DNA of 64,000 nt, from assembly GCA_965220745.1 (NCBI GenBank), contig CBDCQT010000010.1, forward strand, positions 704,001 to 768,000. Direction: 5' to 3'. The notes beneath the pieces were generated by a model that was not told the origin of the DNA, did not search any database, and worked only from the letters and a program-made list of their open reading frames with translations. The DNA is from Alphaproteobacteria bacterium. Its GTDB lineage: Bacteria; Pseudomonadota; Alphaproteobacteria; UBA828. Both the position numbers and the translations under genes were made by a program. Shown here piece after piece: positions 1 to 8,249 of this stretch (position 1 is the first letter of the stretch; each line of letters begins with the position of its first letter).

Positions 1-147
1 CTGAGCTTCTTCTCGTTTCAGAACGGCTTCCAGTGGCAGAACTACGGCTACGCCGCCGCGGTGTCATACATGATGCTGCTGATTCTCGCGGTGGGCACCA
101 TCGTGCTGCTCCGCTTCGTCCAGATACGGCCGGGGTACGCGAAATGA
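1..147 (+). CDS. 3' end of carbohydrate ABC transporter permease (partial, runs off window)
   Basis: Frame 1 reads LSFFSFQNGFQWQNYGYAAAVSYMMLLILAVGTIVLLRF...K*, a typical MalF-type C-terminus (GYAAA). Its TGA overlaps the next ATG (ATGA 144-147). Confidence 0.8.
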   Translation: MSFFSFQNGFQWQNYGYAAAVSYMMLLILAVGTIVLLRFVQIRPGYAK

Positions 148-977
148 AGCGGAAGATTGGCAGGGCGTTCGCCTATCTCGTGCTGATCATGCTCGGGCTC
201 GCCGGCATCGCGCCCATCGTCTATCTCGGGGTTCTCTCCACCAAGAAGCGCATCGAGATTCTGGCGCAAGTGCCGCCGACCCTCGACTTCAAGTGGGCCC
301 GAATCACGAAGAACTACAACGAAGTGCTGTTCAGCCAGGGCATGCTGGAGTTCACCGTCAACTCGATCATCGTGGTGGGGGCCACCACGGTGCTGGTGCT
401 CGTGATCGCGACGCCTGCGGCCTACGCCTTCTCGCGCTTCCGCTTTCGCGGCAACGAGAACCTCGCGTTCACCATCCTGAGCATGCGCTTCATGCCGCCG
501 GTCGCGATCGCGATTCCGCTCTTCCTGATGATGCAGTGGGTGGGCACGCACGACAGCTACTTGGGGCTGATCCTGCCCTACATCGCGTTCTCCCTGCCGC
601 TCGTGGTCTGGATCATGATCGGGTTCTTCGACGAGATCCCGCAGGAGATCGACGACGCCGCGATCATGGACGGCTGCACCCGCTTCGAGGTGCTGTGGCG
701 CGTGATGCTGCCCATGGTGCGGCCCGGGCTGGTGACCGCGTCGCTGTTCGGCGCGATCTTCATCTGGAACGAGTTTCTGGTGGCGCTCTACGTCATCGAC
801 TCGCGGGAGTTCCAGACGATCGCGCTGGGCGCCGCCACGCTCGTCAGCGCGCAACGACCCATCGACTGGAACATCGCCGCAGCCGTGGGCGTGGTGACGG
901 TGGTGCCGATCCTGATCTTCTCGCTCTTCGTGCAGCGCTATATCGTGCGCGGACTGACCGCAGGAGCCGTAAAATGA
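144..977 (+). CDS. Carbohydrate ABC transporter permease (MalG-like)
   Basis: EAA loop EIDDAAIMDGCTRF, IFIWNEFL, ends GLTAGAVK. Start placed at the ATGA overlap. Confidence 0.92.
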   Translation: MKRKIGRAFAYLVLIMLGLAGIAPIVYLGVLSTKKRIEILAQVPPTLDFKWARITKNYNEVLFSQGMLEFTVNSIIVVGATTVLVLVIATPAAYAFSRFRFRGNENLAFTILSMRFMPPVAIAIPLFLMMQWVGTHDSYLGLILPYIAFSLPLVVWIMIGFFDEIPQEIDDAAIMDGCTRFEVLWRVMLPMVRPGLVTASLFGAIFIWNEFLVALYVIDSREFQTIALGAATLVSAQRPIDWNIAAAVGVVTVVPILIFSLFVQRYIVRGLTAGAVK

Positions 978-1876
978 ACAGTGGAGAAGCACCCGTACTC
1001 GTGGCCTCCGGCCTCGGCTGGCCGGAAGGGCCGACCGTGAGGCCCGATGGCAGCGTCGTCTTCGTCGAGAGCTACCGGAGCCAGCTCACGGTGGTCGACA
1101 CGGGCGGCGAGATGCGCCGCTTCGCTTACACCGCGGGCGCGCCAAACGCCTGCGTGCTCGGCGGCGACGGCGCGCTCTACGTCTGCCAGAACGGCGGCAC
1201 CGTCGGCCCGTGGCGGGCGGCGGAGATGACCACGCCCTCGATCCAGCGCGTGCACGAGGGCGGCGCGGCCGAGACCCTGGTCACGGAGATTGCGGGCATT
1301 TCGCTGAACGGCCCCAACGACCTGGTCTTCCACGCCGACGGGCGGTTGATCTTCACCGATCCCGGCACCTACAACCCGGACGATCCGAACCCGAGCTACA
1401 TCTTCGCCATCGCGCCGGATGGCAGCACCAGCCTCCTCGTCGACTTTCCCGAACCCGTCTTCCCCAACGGGGTCGCCGTCGAGGCCGACGGCTCCGTCGT
1501 GTGGGACGAATCCTACACCGGCCATGTCGGCCGCCTGCGCCCCGACGGCACTATCGAAGACCTCGGCCGCATGCCGGGCGACAACCCCATCCTGGACGGC
1601 ATGACCGTCGGTGCCGACGGCCGGCTCTACGTGACCGACCTCTCCGCCGGCGGCATGCACGTGCTGAATCCCGACGGCACGATCGACGGGTTCATTGCCT
1701 GTGGCGGTGCGCCCACGAACTGCGTCTTCGACGGCGAGACCATGTGGGTGACCGACGCCGGGGCCCTGGTCGTGACCGAGGAGCCCAACTCCAATGGCCA
1801 GCTCTGGCGCCTGCGCGTGCCCGGCGGCGGCGGACCGACTCATCGAGGCACGATCCGCATGGGTGCAGCGCAATGA
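974..1876 (+). CDS. SMP-30/gluconolactonase/LRE family protein
   Basis: GLGWPEGP, LNGPNDL, PNGVA, DGMTV and PTNCVF beta-propeller motifs. ATGA-coupled to the permease. Confidence 0.9.
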   Translation: MNSGEAPVLVASGLGWPEGPTVRPDGSVVFVESYRSQLTVVDTGGEMRRFAYTAGAPNACVLGGDGALYVCQNGGTVGPWRAAEMTTPSIQRVHEGGAAETLVTEIAGISLNGPNDLVFHADGRLIFTDPGTYNPDDPNPSYIFAIAPDGSTSLLVDFPEPVFPNGVAVEADGSVVWDESYTGHVGRLRPDGTIEDLGRMPGDNPILDGMTVGADGRLYVTDLSAGGMHVLNPDGTIDGFIACGGAPTNCVFDGETMWVTDAGALVVTEEPNSNGQLWRLRVPGGGGPTHRGTIRMGAAQ

Positions 1877-2700
1877 CGGAAAGAACCGCCCATCCCGGCC
1901 TGGTCCACGACGGCAGGACCGCGTTCGTCACCGGCGGGGGCTCGGGCATCGGCCTCGAGACCGCCCTCACCCTCGCCGACCTCGGCGCCGACGTCGCCGT
2001 GCTCGACTGGACTCCCGGTGCGGCCGCCGCAGCCGCCGAACGCATCGAGGGGATCGGCCGCCGCGCGCTCGCCATCGAGGGCGACACCGGCGACGAGCAA
2101 ACCGTCGTCGATGCCTTCGCGGAGACGCGGCGCGCGCTGGGCGAGATCGACGCAGCCGTCGCCTGTGCTGGCGTGCTGGGCGAGGGCGGCCCGGTGTTCG
2201 AGACCCCGGTCGAGGACTTCGAGCAGGTCATGGGCGTCAATGTGCGGGGCTCCTTCCTCGTGACGCGCGAGGCCGCGCGCCACATGCGCCCCCGCCGCCA
2301 AGGCGCGATCGTGCTGCTCTCCAGCCTCGACGGGCTGCAGGCCGAGCACGGCATGTTCTCCTACTGCACGTCCAAGGGCGCGCTGCTGAACCTGGCACGA
2401 GCCGCCGCGCTCGATCTGGCGCGGGACGGCATCACGGTCAACTGCGTCTGCCCGAGCGTCACCTTCACCCCGTTGCTTGAGGGCCGGCTTGCGACGATCC
2501 CCAACGGCGACGAGGTGCTCCGTTCCTATGCCGAGCGTCACCCGCTCGGGCGCGTGCTGACGTCCCGCGATATCGCGTCGGCCATTGCCTACGTCGCCTC
2601 TCCGCTTGCGACCGGGATCACCGGCGCCGCCATTCCGGTCGACGCCGGCATCGGCGCCACCTGGGATAACTTTCGCGACCCGCCCTGGGTCGGCCGGTGA
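1873..2700 (+). CDS. SDR family NAD(P)-dependent oxidoreductase
   Basis: TGGGSGIG, YCTSK catalytic motif, ITGAAIPVDAG. Confidence 0.92.
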   Translation: MTERTAHPGLVHDGRTAFVTGGGSGIGLETALTLADLGADVAVLDWTPGAAAAAAERIEGIGRRALAIEGDTGDEQTVVDAFAETRRALGEIDAAVACAGVLGEGGPVFETPVEDFEQVMGVNVRGSFLVTREAARHMRPRRQGAIVLLSSLDGLQAEHGMFSYCTSKGALLNLARAAALDLARDGITVNCVCPSVTFTPLLEGRLATIPNGDEVLRSYAERHPLGRVLTSRDIASAIAYVASPLATGITGAAIPVDAGIGATWDNFRDPPWVGR

Positions 2701-4112
2701 GGCACGCGAGGCCGGGCCCGCGCAGCAGCCTGGGATACCGACTGCCTACCATTCGCAGCCTCGTCATCGCGTTCGGCATCGTCCTGATGCTGACGGCGAC
2801 CGCCATTCACTCGCGGGCGGAGATCACCGACCGCGCCATCACCCGGGCGTTCCTGACCCTGCTCGTAGGCGATGCGGGCGACACGGCGCGCGCTACGGAG
2901 CTGATCGAGACGCACTGGGAGCCGTCGTTCCTGCCGATGGCTCTCGAGGTGATCCGCCTGACCCGCAGCGCGGAGGTCTCCGCCGCCCTGGTAAGGATCA
3001 TGGAACGCGAGTCCGGCGCCGGGCTCGACCGCGACCTCGACGCTTGGCAACGCGCGATGTGGAACGCGCCCGAGGCGCGGCACCCGCGCTATGCCGCCTT
3101 CAAGAGCGCGCTCTACAGCCTCATCGACCCGCGATTCTCGGCGTACTTCGACACGGCCGGTGAGGCGCTCATCCGGCTCGACGAGATCGTCTGGGGCGGC
3201 GTGCGGCAGGATGGCATCCCGCCGCTTCGCGACCCGGCGATGCTGGCCGCGGCGGACGCCAGCTATCTCGAAGACGACCACATCGTGTTCGGCATCTCCG
3301 TCAACGGCGACGCCCGCGCCTATCCGAAGCGCATCCTCGCCTGGCACGAGATGTTCGTCGACACCGTCGGCGGCGTGCCGGTCGCAGGCGTGTACTGCAC
3401 GCTCTGCGGCACCGTGATCCTCTATCGCACCGAGCACGACGGCGTGCATCACCGGCTCGGCACGAGCGGCTTCCTCTACCGCTCGAACAAGCTCATGTAC
3501 GACCAGGCCACCCAGTCGCTGTGGAGCACGATGCGGGGCACGCCGGTGGTCGGGCCGCTTGTCGGCAAGGGTATTGTGCTGGAGCGCGGGAGCGTGGTGA
3601 CGACCACCTGGGGCGAGTGGCGCAGGCGGCACCCCGGAACCTGGGTGCTCTCGCTCGATACCGGCCACCGGCGCGACTACGCCGAGGGGGCAGCCTACCG
3701 CGACTACTTCGCAACCGACGCGCTGATGTTCCAGGTCCCGGTCCTCGACACCCGGCTGAAGAACAAGGACGAGGTGTTCACTGTGCTGCTCGCCGGCCAC
3801 CCCGAGGCGCCGCTCGCCATAGCGGCCGCGTTCCTCGCCGCAAACCCCGTCCATCACGATGCGATCGAACGCACGGCGCTCGTGGTGCTCACCGATCCGT
3901 CGGGCGCGAACCGCGCCTACGCGAGTGAAGACGTGACGTTCACCCGGTACGACGGCGACCGCAGCGTCGAGGACGGATCCGGCATGATCTGGACCATGGA
4001 CGAGCACGCGCTCACCGCCGAGGACGGGCGTGTGCTCCGCCGTGTCCCGGCGCAGCGGGCGTTCTGGTTCGGCTGGTACGCCGCGTTCCCGAACACCCGG
4101 CTGGTGCGGTAG
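2697..4112 (+). CDS. DUF3179 domain-containing exported protein
   Basis: GGVRQDGIPPL, RAYP..IL..HE, YCTLCGT, SGFLYRSNKLMYD and C-terminal FWFGWYAAFPNT. Hydrophobic N-terminus. Confidence 0.8.
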   Translation: MRHARPGPRSSLGYRLPTIRSLVIAFGIVLMLTATAIHSRAEITDRAITRAFLTLLVGDAGDTARATELIETHWEPSFLPMALEVIRLTRSAEVSAALVRIMERESGAGLDRDLDAWQRAMWNAPEARHPRYAAFKSALYSLIDPRFSAYFDTAGEALIRLDEIVWGGVRQDGIPPLRDPAMLAAADASYLEDDHIVFGISVNGDARAYPKRILAWHEMFVDTVGGVPVAGVYCTLCGTVILYRTEHDGVHHRLGTSGFLYRSNKLMYDQATQSLWSTMRGTPVVGPLVGKGIVLERGSVVTTTWGEWRRRHPGTWVLSLDTGHRRDYAEGAAYRDYFATDALMFQVPVLDTRLKNKDEVFTVLLAGHPEAPLAIAAAFLAANPVHHDAIERTALVVLTDPSGANRAYASEDVTFTRYDGDRSVEDGSGMIWTMDEHALTAEDGRVLRRVPAQRAFWFGWYAAFPNTRLVR

Positions 4113-4138
4113 CGTGCCGGAGGCTGGCGCGCGCGGGA

Positions 4139-4915
4139 TCAGCGATCCGAGGCTCGCATCAGCCACGCGAGGCACTGCTGCCACAGGCGGCCATAGCCCT
4201 CCCACGAGACGAAGCCGGGCGGGCACCAGTGCGGGCCGATGTCCGAGGTCCAGGCGATGGCGCGGCCCTTGCCGTAGGCGCCCGTCGCCAGCAGGGGATG
4301 CCCGCCCGCGTCGTCCGGGACCTTCAGCAGAAGCTCCGCCTCCTCCTTCAGCGCGACCTCGTTGTAGCCCAGCAGCATCGGCCACTCGGTGCCGAGGCCC
4401 GCGAGGATCGGATGAGCATCCGGCTCCTGGACCTCCGCTCGGAACCCTTCGGGCACTTCGACGCGATCGTCCCAGGGCAGGATCGTCACGGGCAGCACCT
4501 CCTCGACCGGCGTTCCCCGGTAGCGGGCGCCCGCGTTGATGCCCTGGAAGCTGTAATAGCCGCCGACCATCATCAGGCCACGGCCCTCGCCCACGTAGTC
4601 GCGAATGAGCTTGAGCCGGTTCGGCGTCGGCTTGCTCTCGATCCACGTATCGGGATGCAGGAGCAAGGTGTTGGCGCCGATGTCGCTGAGAATGACGGCG
4701 TCGTATTCCCGGAGCCCGGCGAGCGTCGTGGGAAAGTGCGTCTGCGCCTCGTGAGCCGGCATGTAGGTGAGCGCGAAATCGCTGTCCGCCAGCGCCTCGG
4801 CCAGCGCGTCGGCGCCGCGATGAAAGGTGACCGTGGGGAACTGGTCGAAGCCCTTGATGTGCGTCGCGGTCGTTACCCACGATTCGCCCGCCAACAGTAT
4901 CTTCGAACGGCCCAT
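4139..4915 (-). CDS. Class I glutamine-amidotransferase-like protein (DUF1355 type)
   Basis: KILLAGESW, YDAVILSDIGANT, MVGGYYSFQG and WTSDIGPHW motifs. Confidence 0.82.
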   Translation of the reverse strand: MGRSKILLAGESWVTTATHIKGFDQFPTVTFHRGADALAEALADSDFALTYMPAHEAQTHFPTTLAGLREYDAVILSDIGANTLLLHPDTWIESKPTPNRLKLIRDYVGEGRGLMMVGGYYSFQGINAGARYRGTPVEEVLPVTILPWDDRVEVPEGFRAEVQEPDAHPILAGLGTEWPMLLGYNEVALKEEAELLLKVPDDAGGHPLLATGAYGKGRAIAWTSDIGPHWCPPGFVSWEGYGRLWQQCLAWLMRASDR

Positions 4916-5065
4916 GCCGGTCTCCTCGCCTGCTCTTCATCGCTCCGCCCAGGCCGGCACTCGCCGCCGGCCCGGCCCGAATGCTAGACGATGGCCGAGT
5001 CCGCCTCCAGCCGCCCACCCGAGACAGGCGAAGAATCCCGGCAAGTCTCGGAAGAGGGTTTAAGG

Positions 5066-5148
5066 CGGCCTATTCCGGCCCATTCCGGCCCAAAGCGGCC
5101 CAAGGTGGCCCAAGGTGGTCCAGGCAAGCGGCCCAAGGTGGCTCATGG
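5066..5148. repeat. Degenerate 10-bp tandem repeat (YGGCCCAAGG-like), about 8 units
   Basis: cggcctattc cggcccattc cggcccaaag cggcccaagg tggcccaagg tggtccaggcaag cggcccaagg tggctcatgg. Confidence 0.8.
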
Positions 5149-5742
5149 CGGACCGGAGCGGCGCATGGGATGGGAGTCGATATCGAGCCGGTGCGCGCCT
5201 TCGTCGTGTGTCTCCGGGGTCCATTCGCGCCAGTCGCCCTCGACCTCGGCACGGATGATGGCGACGGCCTCCGGCGACAGCCCGCCGCCGCCCTTCGGCG
5301 TCTTGTTTCGCCCGCCGTCCATGCGAGCAACGGCGCTCTCGCGCGCCGCATCGCTCTTGCCGGCGCCTTCGATGCGGTGCATGACGAGCGCGAGCGGGGC
5401 AATCTGGTCGGCGGTGGGCGGTTCCTCTTCGCGGTCGAGGGCGATGGCGGCGCGCAGGGCGAGAGACCGGAGCGTCTCGAGCGCGAGCCGCCCGGTTCCG
5501 CCCTCGGGCCGCTCGCCTTGCGACTTGAGCCAGAAATCGGTGAGCCCCTTGTCCTCGCTCCAGCGTCGCAGCCTCTCGCGCGCCCTCTTGGCGTAGCGGA
5601 CGACGGCCGAACGCGAGCAGGAGCCGCCGTGCGCGCGGATGAGCCGGACGATCTCGTCGATGGTGGCGCCCTCGGCGATCGCCTCGTGCACCAGCGCCTG
5701 AATCGGCCGCGGCAAGCGCTCGATGGAGGAACGCCCGGCCAT
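5143..5742 (-). CDS. DUF3486 / Mu gp27-like phage protein (orphan)
   Basis: MAGRSSIERLPRPIQ...GATIDEI...SRSAVVRY N-terminus and GGLSPEAVAIIR near the C-terminus match my recollection of DUF3486. Confidence 0.7.
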   Translation of the reverse strand: MAGRSSIERLPRPIQALVHEAIAEGATIDEIVRLIRAHGGSCSRSAVVRYAKRARERLRRWSEDKGLTDFWLKSQGERPEGGTGRLALETLRSLALRAAIALDREEEPPTADQIAPLALVMHRIEGAGKSDAARESAVARMDGGRNKTPKGGGGLSPEAVAIIRAEVEGDWREWTPETHDEGAHRLDIDSHPMRRSGPP

Positions 5743-5893
5743 CAGCCGGGCCTCCGGGGCGGTCCCAGCCCGGATGTTTCGACAAGGTGATGGTCTGCGC
5801 ATTGCATCCGCACAGCCTGCCTCCCCCCGCCCGCCCCGTGCACCGCACCATGGTCCGGTGTCCCCCACGCTCGGCCCCGGCCCATCCCCCACA

Positions 5894-5924
5894 TCGTCAT
5901 GCCCGGACTTGATCCGGGCATCCA
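5894..5924 (+). repeat. CGTC-type palindromic (REP-like) repeat, left arm
   Basis: TCGTCATGCCCGGACTTGATCCGGGCATCCA, with internal hairpin ATGCCCGGA/TCCGGGCAT. Exact reverse complement at 6252-6282. Confidence 0.92.
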
Positions 5925-5938
5925 TATTCGCCGCAGGC

Positions 5939-6232
5939 TCACGGCAAAGTTTCGTAGAGGTCGTCCCAATCGGGGTTGTGCGCGACGATGAGATCGACCT
6001 TCCAGGCGCGCGACCAGTGCTTCATGGTCCGTTCCCGCTGGATGGCTGCGGCTATTTCGTCGTGCCGCTCCGCGTAGACGAGCCGCGTCAGGCCGTACCG
6101 CTTCGTGAACCCTTCAACCAAGCCTTCGCGGTGTTCCCACGCCCTGCGCGCAATGTCGCTAGTCACACCGAGATAGAGCGTGCCGTTGGGTCGGTTGGTC
6201 ATGATGTAGACCCAGCCCCCGCCCTCTCTCAT
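5939..6232 (-). CDS. Stand-alone GIY-YIG nuclease (UPF0213/YhbQ-like, 97 aa)
   Basis: WVYIMTNRPNGTLYLGVTSDIARRAWEH...FTKRY...LVYAE...AIQRERTMKHWSRAWKVDLI...NPDWDDL. Confidence 0.92.
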   Translation of the reverse strand: MREGGGWVYIMTNRPNGTLYLGVTSDIARRAWEHREGLVEGFTKRYGLTRLVYAERHDEIAAAIQRERTMKHWSRAWKVDLIVAHNPDWDDLYETLP

Positions 6233-6251
6233 GCCCCCATGCTGCAATCCG

Positions 6252-6282
6252 TGGATGCCCGGATCAAGTCCGGGCATGACGA
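6252..6282 (-). repeat. CGTC-type palindromic (REP-like) repeat, right arm
   Basis: TGGATGCCCGGATCAAGTCCGGGCATGACGA is the reverse complement of 5894-5924. Confidence 0.92.
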
Positions 6283-6490
6283 GTTGGGGTCAGGGGTGCG
6301 CTTTCACCGCACCGTGGTGCGGAGTCGACTGGGCGTGAGTCGCGCAAACCCGCAGGGTCTTGCGCGCTGCAATGGGAGTCCCGCGCGGGAGAGGGGGCGC
6401 GCCGCCGTGGTCACTCCCTCACGTCTTCATACCCGGACATGCCCGGGCTCGTTCCGGGTATCCGGACATCCCTCTCCACCAACTACTACA

Positions 6491-6568
6491 TCGTCATGCC
6501 CGGATTTATTCCAAGCATCTTACTCCGCGGCACCCACGTGGATGGCCGCAACAAGCACAGCTATGACG
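6491..6568. repeat. Degenerate empty inverted pair of the same CGTC repeat (REPIN-like doublet)
   Basis: tcgtcatgcccggatttattccaagcatct ...short spacer... tggatggccgcaacaagcacagctatgacg. A further eroded unit lies near 6436-6468. Confidence 0.65.
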
Positions 6569-6734
6569 TAATAGTGATGACGCCGCTTGCCGCTTGCTCA
6601 GACCGCGCCTATATCTCGCCCGAGTCCGAATCGAGGCCCACGATGAAACAAATCGGCGCCTCCAAGGCCTGAAGGCGCCTGCGGCAGGCGAAATTTATCT
6701 CTGCGCGCACCGCCAAAGTAAAGAGTTTGGACGG

Positions 6735-8108
6735 TCATTCCTCGTCTCTTTCACCTTCGTCCGGAGTGGCCGGAAACTGTACAATCTCTCCCACAGCGTC
6801 CGCTATTGCCGATCTGCAAGCACTCACATAATTTACGTCATCAGGATTTTCTCCTATGTACCGAACAGGCTGAAACATATCCGCCGTTCGAACTAGGATA
6901 TATCCATTTCTTTTTGCTACATTCTGACATTTTTCCGTAAAGGCCTCACTCCGTTTCTCAGGGCTCAACAGTCGATGGCCATTCCCAAACAATATACCCC
7001 GTGCCATTTCGTTGATTTCCTCTCGCTGATAATCTTCGAGTAAATTGCGCTGTAACTGGTCGAGCTTGTCCACATTTATCGCCTTGCTATCTCGACCTTC
7101 GGCTTCACCAATGTACCGCTGTCCTTCAGGCGACGTGATGATACCGTCGAATTCCGAATCTCCTTCGCGAAAACGTGCTGCTCCAAAACCCATCAATCTT
7201 AGCCCATCCAGAATGGCATCCTCCAGAAGTGCGCCTTTTTCGAAGAGTAATCGACGTGGTTCAGCTGCAGACGCCAAATCCGTCTCAAGATTACGCTTGC
7301 TGGTTTGAAGTTGTGTGAGCTTTTCTTGGATACCACTAATCCGCTGTTCAATGTCGCTTTCGGTCGGCAACTTGAATCGATCATCTCTCGTCCAATCTGG
7401 TGGTGGTGTTGCAGAGGAATCTGCGGCCAAGGTGTTCGTGAGAGCTACGATTTCCGACACAAATCTCTTACCTGCTTGCAAACCCTGCTTGGTCCACTCA
7501 TCGTCCTCTTCTTCAAGGTATTCGTCTACGAAAAAATCTACGTCTGGCAGGAACAACACTGCGCCCTCTCTCTCATATTTCTTGATGGCACCTATAATTC
7601 GCCCTCCGACTGCCGACTCCAACAAGATGCCCGAGAAATCTCCAGTAACTTCGACTTGGTATGACGATAAGTGGGAGAACTCATGCCAGTACGAAGCAAT
7701 AATCGAGCCGCTGTTCGCTAGCTTCATCTTCGTTCCTGCAATTGCTGAGTGCGATTCCACATGCGGCAGAGCATCGTAAGAACTAACTTCTTTCGGATAA
7801 ACAGAAAAATTTTGGCTGGTTTCGATTGAAGGCGAATTTAAGAAGACCACGACAAGTTTTCCGTTACTTGCCGCTTGAATTATTTCACTTTTCCAGTGAT
7901 TTTGTTGTCGAGATAAATAGGACATTGTTTCTGCTGAACGATCCGTCTCTCTGTCGAGAATTGATCTGGCACTAGGCAGGTCTAAAGTAGGAGAGAATAG
8001 AACTACATCTGCATCCAATAACGTTTGGTTTGAGCTATAGTCCACTTCGATGATATCGTCTCCCGGCACTATGGTATTTACGGAATAGATTTCCTTTCTT
8101 GCCACCAT
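6735..8108 (-). CDS. Low-GC hypothetical protein with coiled coil and possible C-terminal restriction-endonuclease-like domain
   Basis: 457-aa intact ORF in visibly AT-richer DNA. Heptad stretch IEQRISGIQEKLTQLQTSKRNLE, then LE.A....L..MGF...EFDGII...YIGEAEG. RBS-like GAAGGA upstream. Confidence 0.7.
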   Translation of the reverse strand: MVARKEIYSVNTIVPGDDIIEVDYSSNQTLLDADVVLFSPTLDLPSARSILDRETDRSAETMSYLSRQQNHWKSEIIQAASNGKLVVVFLNSPSIETSQNFSVYPKEVSSYDALPHVESHSAIAGTKMKLANSGSIIASYWHEFSHLSSYQVEVTGDFSGILLESAVGGRIIGAIKKYEREGAVLFLPDVDFFVDEYLEEEDDEWTKQGLQAGKRFVSEIVALTNTLAADSSATPPPDWTRDDRFKLPTESDIEQRISGIQEKLTQLQTSKRNLETDLASAAEPRRLLFEKGALLEDAILDGLRLMGFGAARFREGDSEFDGIITSPEGQRYIGEAEGRDSKAINVDKLDQLQRNLLEDYQREEINEMARGILFGNGHRLLSPEKRSEAFTEKCQNVAKRNGYILVRTADMFQPVRYIGENPDDVNYVSACRSAIADAVGEIVQFPATPDEGERDEE

Positions 8109-8249
8109 TCTTTCCTTCTAGTTGACTCCATGAACACGACGCATGACAAACCGAGGTTTGCTCGATGCGCCGTACGCGCGCGAAACTAGACCCGCGCGTT
8201 CGGCCTCATCGGATTTGACGCCGCCAAAGAGGGCTGTCCGCGTGCCCCT

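Noticed and set aside
2697-4112. Selenocysteine recoding in the DUF3179 protein
   Set aside because: The ORF is uninterrupted, has a plain CxxC and ends in TAG after the conserved C-terminal motif.
5066-5148. CRISPR array
   Set aside because: Units are adjacent 10-mers with no spacers, and there are no cas genes.
5143-8108. Prophage
   Set aside because: Only one phage-like gene; no integrase, terminase or structural genes.
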